From: Clostridiales bacterium
GTDB lineage: Bacteria > Bacillota > Clostridia > Oscillospirales > Acutalibacteraceae
DNA: 32,000 nt
Reading direction: 5' to 3'
Assembly (NCBI GenBank): GCA_021200555.1
Contig: JAJQGK010000026.1
Location: forward strand, 19,945 to 51,944
This document shows, piece after piece, positions 9,057 through 16,312 of the stretch. The notes below the pieces were generated by a model that was not told the DNA's origin, made no database searches, and worked only from the letters and a program-made list of their open reading frames with translations. Position 1 is the first letter of the stretch. Every line of letters starts with the position of its first letter. The translations under genes and the position numbers were made by a program.

Positions 9057-9893
9057 TTACAAGCCCATCATTTCGCGGACAACTCGGTCTGCCATTTTGA
9101 CCGCACCGACCAAGACGAGCATATTGAACACAAGCTCCCCGATATAGCTCCAGACCATTGTGACTGCCGCCGCATCAGGGTTGACCGCAGGCGGCGTTGC
9201 CGCAAAGACCGAAAAAATGATACAGGCAAGCACAATAATCGCTCCCTCCAGACACACGGCAGCGTATGACTTAATAAAGCTCTTGCCTACATTCTGGCTC
9301 GGCTCTCCCGCAAAAGTTGAGAGGGGAACAGGGGCGATGGCTGTATAAAGATAGAGCTTGAAAAACCTGCCGTATACCGACATGATCATAATGAAACTGA
9401 GTACCGTAATGAACAGACCGCCGATAAGCGTAACCGCCCATAGCGGGATGCTCTCAAAAAAGCCACAGTCCTCCACGGCGGTCACGATTTCCGACGGCAA
9501 GACAGTCTGCGTTGCTGTCCCGAAGCCTGCGGCGTTCATAATAGTGGAAATAATGCCCTGCACAATCTTAAAGAGAGCCATCATCAGCTCCAGACCATAA
9601 GTTACCGCACCTTTGGCAAGGGCAAATCGGATAAAGAGCTTCAATGCGTGTTCGGGCTTCTTGACTTCTGCAAAGTTGCCGCAGGTACGCATCACACCCA
9701 CGACAAAAAACAGCACGAGCAGGGCAAGCCCGATTGCCTGCAACGCACCGTGAATATCAACGATAACATTCCATATCGCACCGCCCTTGAACTGCTCTGG
9801 GGATTGGGTAACGAGCTGCCATATTTCTGCTAACTTCTCATTCCAAGTGTTCAGGGCATTTTCCAAGTTCTGTACGACCCAGTTATCAGACAT
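9057..9893 (-). CDS. VirB6/TrbL-like polytopic membrane protein (CD0415/CD1112 family)
   Basis: 278 aa with at least five hydrophobic helices. AAGGAGGTGG SD. Typical position between Maff2 and PrgI. Confidence 0.8.
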   Translation of the reverse strand: MSDNWVVQNLENALNTWNEKLAEIWQLVTQSPEQFKGGAIWNVIVDIHGALQAIGLALLVLFFVVGVMRTCGNFAEVKKPEHALKLFIRFALAKGAVTYGLELMMALFKIVQGIISTIMNAAGFGTATQTVLPSEIVTAVEDCGFFESIPLWAVTLIGGLFITVLSFIMIMSVYGRFFKLYLYTAIAPVPLSTFAGEPSQNVGKSFIKSYAAVCLEGAIIVLACIIFSVFAATPPAVNPDAAAVTMVWSYIGELVFNMLVLVGAVKMADRVVREMMGL

Positions 9894-9910
9894 TCGACCA
9901 CCTCCTTGTT

Positions 9911-9949
9911 AAAACGGGTTGTCGGGCAGTCCACAATGTGACCTGCCCG
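9911..9949 (-). terminator. Weak hairpin / possible attenuator between Maff2 and the VirB6-like gene
   Basis: Minus strand reads CGGGCAG-(13 nt)-CTGCCCG, then ACAACCCGTTTT. The stem is short and the T-run is short and offset. Confidence 0.3.
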
Positions 9950-9983
9950 ATAAGCCCTGTCTTTTGTCCTCTGGGTATCAAAA

Positions 9984-10346
9984 TCAGCCCGTGATGAGGG
10001 TTAAGATTTCTTTTGCGAAAGTAATAACAACGCCGCCCGCAAGGGTCAGGAAACCGTTCGCCCTCTGGGACGGGTCATGTGATTTGAGGGACAATCCCAC
10101 CTGTACGATGCCGAAGCCGAGCATAATCATGCCGACGGCACGGATCAGACCGAAAATAAAATCCGAGAGGTTGTTGATAACCGTCAGCGGGTCATCAGCA
10201 GCAAAGGCAGTAACGGAAGTGCCAAGTACAAGGGTCACAGCCATAACCGCAAGACAGTAATAGCGGAAGCCCTTTTTGACCCTGCCCGTCATCGGCAGCT
10301 TGGTGGTTCCTTTCTTCTGGGTGTCCTTCATGTTAAAAAGCTTCAT
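9984..10346 (-). CDS. Maff2-family small secreted/membrane protein
   Basis: Signal peptide ending TAFAADDP, followed by two hydrophobic helices (IFGLIRAVGMIMLGFGIVQVGL and FLTLAGGVVITFA). AAAGGAGG SD. Confidence 0.8.
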   Translation of the reverse strand: MKLFNMKDTQKKGTTKLPMTGRVKKGFRYYCLAVMAVTLVLGTSVTAFAADDPLTVINNLSDFIFGLIRAVGMIMLGFGIVQVGLSLKSHDPSQRANGFLTLAGGVVITFAKEILTLITG

Positions 10347-10360
10347 AGATAAATCCTCCT

Positions 10361-12154
10361 TTAGATATTAAATATTTCTTCCAAGTCCTCATCGGACAGA
10401 AGTTCATAGGAAGTGCTGACAGGTATAACGCTTATGGCGTTATCTGGAATTTCACTGTCAAACACGAGGGTTGCAACCGCCTGCGTCGGCTCGCCGTGGA
10501 TATACGGCGGCTGACCTCCGTCGGCAGTCAGCTTTACATTGGGATGCTTTAAGATGTCGTACTTAAAATCCATTACGGGTCGTTCGCCACGCACAAAAAG
10601 AAGCGCATAGCGGTTATCAAGCATACGCACTTCGTCTGGCGTCATCAGCTCACGCCCTGAAATCTGGTAGTTGGTGGAGTAGTTCCCGCTCCGCCCTGAG
10701 CTTTTCCCGTAAGTGTTGGTGTCAATGGTTTCCTTACCCAACAGCTCCGACACATACTTGTGGGTACTCTGCTCATTGCCGCCCAGATATAAAAATTCAT
10801 CGCAGTTGCCCACGATGCTTTCCCATTGTTTTTCAAACAGGGCTTTAAGCTGTGCCAAATTTTGCAGAATGATACTTACCGACACGCCACGGGAACGCAT
10901 TACCGACAGTATCTTGTCAAAATCATCTGGCAGGGAAACATTCGCAAACTCGTCCATAATGAAGTGGCAATGCACTGGCAGGCTTCCGCCGTACTTGTGG
11001 TCTGCCAGATAGAAAAGCTGCTGAAAGAGTTGCGTGTATAAAATCGACACCAGAAAGTTAAAGCTCGTATCGTTGTCAGGTATCAAGGCGAACAGGGCGA
11101 CTTTCTTTTCTCCCAGACTTGGCAGGTCAAGCTCATCGGTGGCGGTAAGTCCTGCAAGGCTCTCCAGATTAAATTTTTCAAGCCTTGCGGCAAGAGTTAT
11201 CTGGATACTCTTTAAGGTCTTGGCACTTCCGCTATGATAATCACGGTAGTATTTCAGGGCGATATGCTCTGGGTTTACCAGTTCCAGACGGTCAAAGAGT
11301 TCGTCAAGGGGGCTTACATAGCTGTCATCGTCCTCACGCACTTCTCCTGCCCGTAAAAGCTCCATCACCATCGGGAAGTTTTGTTCCTCTGGCGGCGCTT
11401 CATATTTGAGATAGAATACCAATGCCAGTAGCAGCATACTCGCCGCCGTATCCCAGAACGGGTCTTGCGACTGGCTTCCTTTGGGCGTTGTCGCTTTAAA
11501 GAGATTTGTCACGAGCCTTTGCACATCGTTGTCGTTCCGAAGATACACAAAGGGATTGTAACAATGGCTGCGGTACATATTGATAAGGTCAAGCACACGC
11601 ACCTCATAGCCTTTCTTTTCAAGCAGACCGCCGATGTCACGGACGATTTCGCCCTTCGGGTCAAGCACTACCATCGAGGTGTTGCACTGCATGGCGTTGG
11701 GCTTGCAGAAAAACCTCGTCTTGCCCGCACCAGAGCCGCCGCAGACCAGAATATTTAAGTTTCGGCGATGCTTCTTCCCGTCCAAGCCGATACGAACATT
11801 CTGGGTGAGCAGCTTGTTCTTTGACGGGTCTTTATCTCGGTACTTTTTATTGAGAGTACCTGTGTTGCCCCATTTTGCCGAGCCGTGTTCCTCCCGCCTG
11901 CGGTAGTTCCTGCGTGTGGAGAAATAAATGCCGATGCCCATAGCGTAGGCAAGCAAAAAAATAAGGACAGTCTTTACGCTGTCCTCACACACCGTTATGG
12001 AAAACGGGTTATTGATTGCCACGGATAAGCCGCTGACTATCTCTACAATGCCGTCGCTGACATAGGGAGCTGTCAGCAGGGCAAGCCACACAACAGGAAC
12101 GATGCCGCAAACAGAAAGGATTAATCCCGTCTTTTGGTCGTTATCGTTCCTCAT
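10361..12154 (-). CDS. VirD4/TraG-like type IV coupling protein
   Basis: Two N-terminal TM helices, Walker A VCGGSGAGKTR, Walker B HFIMDEFAN. The open frame extends to 12211, but ATG at 12154 (MRNDNDQKTG...) gives a 14-nt overlap with the upstream small ORF and is preferred. Confidence 0.92.
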   Translation of the reverse strand: MRNDNDQKTGLILSVCGIVPVVWLALLTAPYVSDGIVEIVSGLSVAINNPFSITVCEDSVKTVLIFLLAYAMGIGIYFSTRRNYRRREEHGSAKWGNTGTLNKKYRDKDPSKNKLLTQNVRIGLDGKKHRRNLNILVCGGSGAGKTRFFCKPNAMQCNTSMVVLDPKGEIVRDIGGLLEKKGYEVRVLDLINMYRSHCYNPFVYLRNDNDVQRLVTNLFKATTPKGSQSQDPFWDTAASMLLLALVFYLKYEAPPEEQNFPMVMELLRAGEVREDDDSYVSPLDELFDRLELVNPEHIALKYYRDYHSGSAKTLKSIQITLAARLEKFNLESLAGLTATDELDLPSLGEKKVALFALIPDNDTSFNFLVSILYTQLFQQLFYLADHKYGGSLPVHCHFIMDEFANVSLPDDFDKILSVMRSRGVSVSIILQNLAQLKALFEKQWESIVGNCDEFLYLGGNEQSTHKYVSELLGKETIDTNTYGKSSGRSGNYSTNYQISGRELMTPDEVRMLDNRYALLFVRGERPVMDFKYDILKHPNVKLTADGGQPPYIHGEPTQAVATLVFDSEIPDNAISVIPVSTSYELLSDEDLEEIFNI

Positions 12155-12338
12155 TGCACCTGCACGGAATGACCCTGACCTTTTTGGTCGGGGCGTTCGC
12201 CACCTTATCAATCAGCTCGTCAACAGGGTCGGTGGGGCGTTCCTCCTGCAACTGCCGTGTACGCAAGGTGTTCAAAGCATTGATAACGATATTCTTGTCG
12301 TACTTGTCAAGTGCGATGTGGTATCGTTCTTCTTTCAT
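12141..12338 (-). CDS. Small hypothetical protein (65 aa)
   Basis: MKEERYHIALDKYDKNIVINALNTLRTRQLQEERPTDPVDELIDKV... ATG at 12338 lies 6 nt after GGAGGTG; the track start at 12347 is a GTG. It appears translationally coupled to the coupling-protein gene. Confidence 0.6.
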   Translation of the reverse strand: MKEERYHIALDKYDKNIVINALNTLRTRQLQEERPTDPVDELIDKVANAPTKKVRVIPCRCNEER

Positions 12339-12353
12339 AGGCTGCACCTCCGA

Positions 12354-13217
12354 TTAGCGTTCCTGCTCTTTGTTCTTCGGCGGCTTGTTCTTTTCAAGGC
12401 TCTTAAACATATCGCTCTGGATTTCTCCCAGAACATCACGCATCGAGCCAAGCTCGCCTTTGAATACCTGCGTGTCCATTTCCAAAAACTCTCTCGGAAT
12501 CCTGTCAAAACTGAAACCTCTGGTGTCAACGCCGTAACGGGTGCTGACCATATAAGCAACGCAGAAGGATTTGAAGTCGGAAGCATCACGGCTCTGCCCG
12601 TGCTTGAAGTCAAAGACCGCCGCCGACACTTCCTTTGCCATACTGACAAAGAGCTGTTCCTCCGTAAGCCCTGTCTTAATGAAAATCGTCTGCTGCTTGC
12701 TGTCATAGTAGGCAGGAATTTCAAGGTCGGCAACGGGTACAAAGGGAACGGGACTTGCATCAATCATAGCCGATACAAGCTCACGCATTGTTTTCGGCTC
12801 CTGTGCCTGCTGTCTGTCCTTTGCCGATGTTTCGGAGATGTCATAGACCACCTTTGCGTTATAGCCTACCGCCTTAGTCCCGTCATCACGCTTATACTCC
12901 TTGCTCGGCTCAAGGATAACGATTTTCTGTGCATCCTTGTTCACATAGACACGGCTCTGCTTCCAAGCGTTGTAATCTTTGAGTTGTGTCGCTTCGGGCA
13001 TCTGAGACGATACCAGAATAGCATTTGCAACCGAGTAGCGGTCAAAACGCCCCTGCACATCAAGATACTGGCGGAAGCTCTTGCCGTCTGCCATCATCTC
13101 GGAGCAGGTGTGGTCAATCATCTCATAGGCTTCCTGCCTTTGTGCCTGCTTCTGGGCAGCCCACTCCGCTTTATTAAAGGGCTTGCTGCCACCGTTAAAT
13201 ACATCATAAATGCTCAT
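12354..13217 (-). CDS. ArdC-N-like ssDNA-binding domain protein, with a C-terminal domain lacking HExxH
   Basis: RYSVANAILVSSQMPEATQLKDYNAWKQSRVYVNKDAQKIVILEP fits the ArdC N-terminal (DUF1738-type) pattern. No HExxH anywhere in the protein. Recognition is by eye only. Confidence 0.6.
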   Translation of the reverse strand: MSIYDVFNGGSKPFNKAEWAAQKQAQRQEAYEMIDHTCSEMMADGKSFRQYLDVQGRFDRYSVANAILVSSQMPEATQLKDYNAWKQSRVYVNKDAQKIVILEPSKEYKRDDGTKAVGYNAKVVYDISETSAKDRQQAQEPKTMRELVSAMIDASPVPFVPVADLEIPAYYDSKQQTIFIKTGLTEEQLFVSMAKEVSAAVFDFKHGQSRDASDFKSFCVAYMVSTRYGVDTRGFSFDRIPREFLEMDTQVFKGELGSMRDVLGEIQSDMFKSLEKNKPPKNKEQER

Positions 13218-13222
13218 ACTGT

Positions 13223-14035
13223 TTACCTCGTTTCTTTGGATTTTGGTTTTCTTTTTCGCTTCTGGGGCTGTTTATGCTCCGTCGTGCCTGCGGGCGGCTT
13301 CTTCGCCCTGTCGGAAGCAGAGCTTTTGTCCAAGGCAGAAGAAGTATCCGCTTCCTGTTCCTTTCGGCTCTCCTTGATTTTCCGCAGTTCCTCTCTGACC
13401 GAGGGTTTTTCCTTAGTCATAGTAGCCCCCTCTGCGGACTTCTTTGGCTGCTCTGAGGTAGGCTCGGACTGAGGGGATTTTTCGGTCTTTGCCACCGAGG
13501 GGTTTGGGGCATTTTCCTCCTTTTGGATTGGCTTACCCATAAGAGCATCAAGCAGTTTGTCTTTTTCTGCCTTGTCCTGTACGTCGATGTCTGGCTCTGG
13601 CTGACCTGTCTTTTCCGCTTTTTCTTTTTCGGCTTCGGTCACGATAGAAGCGGTAGCTTCCGATGCCAACTTAAAGCGTTCCGCAATACGGCTTATTTTC
13701 GATGCGTCCTCTGCACGGGCTATCACATCAACCTCCGCATTGGGGTCTTTGTTCTTGCGGTCTGCAAGGACACAATAAAGAACGCCGTACTTTTTGGCTT
13801 CCTGCGTAAATTTTTTCAGGTCGCTGTTCTTTACGGTAAAAACTTTCAGCTCCTTGCCAGAACGCAGCATATTAGTAAGCCGAGCCTTACCCTTTGTTTT
13901 CTTTTCTTCTTTAAGAATGGAATACAACAGGATAGCGATATTCTTTGCACCTGCACCTGTGATTTTGGCAGCGACCTCAAATCCCTCCAAGCTCATTCGG
14001 ACGATTTGTTCTGCCGCTTCGCCGCCTGTGTTCAT
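13223..14035 (-). CDS. pcfB: PcfB-family (DUF3801) protein with a K/E-rich disordered tail
   Basis: MNTGGEAAEQIVRMSLEGFEVAAKITGAGAKNIAILLYSILKEEKKTKGKARLTNMLRSGKELKVFTV is characteristic of PcfB/DUF3801. It sits downstream of the relaxase. Confidence 0.8.
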   Translation of the reverse strand: MNTGGEAAEQIVRMSLEGFEVAAKITGAGAKNIAILLYSILKEEKKTKGKARLTNMLRSGKELKVFTVKNSDLKKFTQEAKKYGVLYCVLADRKNKDPNAEVDVIARAEDASKISRIAERFKLASEATASIVTEAEKEKAEKTGQPEPDIDVQDKAEKDKLLDALMGKPIQKEENAPNPSVAKTEKSPQSEPTSEQPKKSAEGATMTKEKPSVREELRKIKESRKEQEADTSSALDKSSASDRAKKPPAGTTEHKQPQKRKRKPKSKETR

Positions 14036-15383
14036 TCGTCATCAGCTCCTTTCCTTGCTGTTCATCTGCCCGTATGGTTGTTAGCTTTTCTTTGAGGGTA
14101 TCGTTACGGGCTTCGATGCCCCCGCATAATCTGACCTCCTTCCGTAAGAATTTCATTCTCTCTGTGATTTCCGTAAGCCGAGCCTTAACCGCTTCCTTTT
14201 CTTCGCCGCCTGATTTACGGGATTGGGAATACAGTTCCTTTCGCTGCTTAGTAAGCTCCGCCATTTCCGTTTCCAGAGATCCTTTATATGACAAGAGCTG
14301 TTCCACCGTATCAATGTGATTGCGGCAGAGCAACCTTGTTTCCTGTGATATGGCTTCCATCTTCATCAGGTCGTCTTTTAAAAGATAGTGAAGCCTTGCA
14401 TAATTCTGTTGTCTGCCTTCTGGCAGGATACCGAGCCTATAACAGTAATGAAGATACAGACCACGCAAGCCGCCGATTTTCTTCGCATTTTTGAGCGAGC
14501 CTTTGACACGGAAAACCTGTACGGTCTTGTGCGGCTCGGCAAATCTGGAAAATTTCACGGCATAGGAATTTTCCCTGATACGCTCCGTAATCCTCTCGTT
14601 GCTATAATCCTCGCCAAGCTTATAGAGCCGCTTTGGGCGTTTCCAACCTCTACCGATAATCGTCCAGTATTTGCGGTTGGGGTCAAAGCTCACACGGTAG
14701 CCCATCTCTGCCATAATGCGGTCAAAGTCTTTCAGCGTAAACGATTTGCTGATAGCTTCGTCCACCGCCTGCCGTGCTACATTATCCCTTGTGGGCATCC
14801 CGTTCTTTTCCGCCTGATACAAAGCATAGGGTTTCTTTTTTCCGCTTGGGTGTTCAATGACGGACAGAGCATATTCACGGCAAAGTTCATCAGAGCGTTT
14901 ACGGAGCAGCCGCAGATTTGCTTTGTTATCGTGGTAGTGCTTACCGTCCATAAAGGAAACGGAGTTTACGACAAAGTGGTTATGCAGGCACTCGGTATTT
15001 AAGTGGGTGGCAACGATGACCTGAAACCTGTCACCCCACATCTTCTCGGCAAGTTTTACGCCGACTTCGTGTGCCTGTTCGGGAATGACCTCGCCGTGCT
15101 TGAAACTCTGGAAGCCGTGATAACAGACAATCTCACTTTCATCTCCCCACTCCGCTTTGGCAATCATCATTTCATCTCTGGCGGTAGCAGGGTCACAGTT
15201 TACCCCTGTAACAAAATACTGCCGTTCCGTCTTGCTGTCGTTAGTGGCATATTTCATCACATCTCCAAGAGCCTGTAAATCTGCTTCGGTGTATTTGGGG
15301 TTGGCGGTCTTGTCTGGGTTTTCAGCATAGTCAATCGGGTGGTCGAGCCTGCCACGCACATCCCAGATTTCACAGACAGCCAT
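13977..15383 (-). CDS. Relaxase / mobilisation nuclease (MobA/VirD2-type domain)
   Basis: N-terminal relaxase domain with the His triad ATHLNTECLHNHFVVNSV. The start forms a TAATG overlap with the mobC stop. The 3' end overlaps pcfB by 59 nt. Confidence 0.9.
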   Translation of the reverse strand: MAVCEIWDVRGRLDHPIDYAENPDKTANPKYTEADLQALGDVMKYATNDSKTERQYFVTGVNCDPATARDEMMIAKAEWGDESEIVCYHGFQSFKHGEVIPEQAHEVGVKLAEKMWGDRFQVIVATHLNTECLHNHFVVNSVSFMDGKHYHDNKANLRLLRKRSDELCREYALSVIEHPSGKKKPYALYQAEKNGMPTRDNVARQAVDEAISKSFTLKDFDRIMAEMGYRVSFDPNRKYWTIIGRGWKRPKRLYKLGEDYSNERITERIRENSYAVKFSRFAEPHKTVQVFRVKGSLKNAKKIGGLRGLYLHYCYRLGILPEGRQQNYARLHYLLKDDLMKMEAISQETRLLCRNHIDTVEQLLSYKGSLETEMAELTKQRKELYSQSRKSGGEEKEAVKARLTEITERMKFLRKEVRLCGGIEARNDTLKEKLTTIRADEQQGKELMTNEHRRRSGRTNRPNELGGI

Positions 15384-15712
15384 TACGATACCTTTCGTGG
15401 AAGCAGATATTTTTTACGGACATCAATCTGAAAGTCGTGCCACTTCTTCGCTTCCTCACGGAGCATCGGGGCGTCAACAAAGTCAAGAGCGTTAGCTTTG
15501 GCGGCAAGCTGATTGATGCGGTTGCCGATAGCCGACAGCTCACGCATTATGCCGTAAAACTCAGGGTCGGGCTTTTCACAAAGGCGGTAGCCCTTTACCA
15601 TTTCTCTCAGGAATGCTTCTTTAGAGCGACCTGATTTTCTGACAAGCTCATAGAGCTGTTCGGCTTCTTCCTCATTAAGACGGAAAAGTATCTGTACGCT
15701 TCGTTTTCGCAT
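15383..15712 (-). CDS. mobC: MobC-family relaxosome accessory protein
   Basis: RSVQILFRLNEEEAEQL (RHH-like) and MRELSAIGNRINQLAAKAN are typical MobC motifs. The gene lies immediately upstream of the relaxase. Confidence 0.88.
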   Translation of the reverse strand: MRKRSVQILFRLNEEEAEQLYELVRKSGRSKEAFLREMVKGYRLCEKPDPEFYGIMRELSAIGNRINQLAAKANALDFVDAPMLREEAKKWHDFQIDVRKKYLLPRKVS

Positions 15713-15824
15713 AGTCCACTTCCTCTCTTTCGGAGAGCCTGTTAATCTGCAAGCTGCACATTAGCACAACACCGATAAGACCGCCGAGCATTGTGCCGAT
15801 GGTAAAAAACAGAAACTCACTCAT
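15675..15824 (-). CDS. 49-aa membrane micro-protein (DUF3789-like by recollection), below the ORF-track cut-off
   Basis: Hand translation: MSEFLFFTIGTMLGGLIGVVLMCSLQINRLSEREEVDYAKTKRTDTFPS. AAGGAG lies 9 nt upstream of the ATG at 15824. The 3' end overlaps the mobC start by 38 nt in another frame. Confidence 0.5.
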   Translation of the reverse strand: MSEFLFFTIGTMLGGLIGVVLMCSLQINRLSEREEVDYAKTKRTDTFPS

Positions 15825-15854
15825 TCTTAAAAACTCCTTTCTCATATCGAGGTA

Positions 15855-15915
15855 TTAGGGGCTGTGACCCTAACAAGCGAATTTGGTATCCAAAGACTTT
15901 TGGATAATCAAATTC
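15855..15915. promoter_or_regulatory. Candidate oriT region: two inverted repeats upstream of the mobC-relaxase genes
   Basis: IR-a: TTAGGG-N7-CCCTAA (15855-15873). IR-b: GAATTTG-gt-ATCCAAAG / CTTTTGGAT-aat-CAAATTC (15879-15915), about 15 paired positions. These are the only noncoding bases between the relaxosome genes and the next gene. Confidence 0.45.
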
Positions 15916-15935
15916 AGTGCTTGGTAAGACATTAC

Positions 15936-16238
15936 TTAGTCCTCGTCCTCCAGACGGCACTCTCCACGCACGGGGCAGAAGTACGGACATTCCCAACAGC
16001 AATCGTCCTCTATATTTTCGTTCTCGCATTCATCATCGGCTCTGTTTTCTGCCGTTCTGTCCTCATCGGCTTCCTGAATATCCGCTTCTCCGTAATCGAA
16101 ATCCTCATCAGAAAAGTCGATAAGGTCGGTATTACAAAGAATAATCCTTACCTTTTCCGCCGCCTGTTCTGGGCTTTTGGCATACACGGCAATGGTCTTT
16201 TTATAGTGTCCTGTCAGGGTTACATCATACTTTTTCAA
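15936..16238 (-). CDS. Small acidic, Cys-rich hypothetical protein (100 aa)
   Basis: TTG start 7 nt after GAGGAT. In the C-terminal 60 residues I count 26 D/E and 6 Cys (CCWECPYFCPVRGEC). Confidence 0.65.
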   Translation of the reverse strand: MKKYDVTLTGHYKKTIAVYAKSPEQAAEKVRIILCNTDLIDFSDEDFDYGEADIQEADEDRTAENRADDECENENIEDDCCWECPYFCPVRGECRLEDED

Positions 16239-16312
16239 TGGTTAAATCCTCGCTTTCATTCTTAAAATCTGTTGTGGTTGGTTTGTTTTCTTGGGGCAAT
16301 ATCAGCAGACAA

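Noticed and set aside
12155-12211. N-terminal extension of the coupling protein (MIRWRTPRPKRSGSFRAGA...)
   Set aside because: No SD is present, and the extension would overlap the upstream small ORF by 71 nt. The internal ATG at 12154 gives the same 14-nt coupling overlap seen elsewhere in the operon.
12102-13472. 456-aa plus-strand ORF spanning the coupling-protein start, the ArdC-like gene and part of pcfB
   Set aside because: It is antisense to three independently supported genes, has no recognisable domain, and crosses gene boundaries. It is a shadow ORF.
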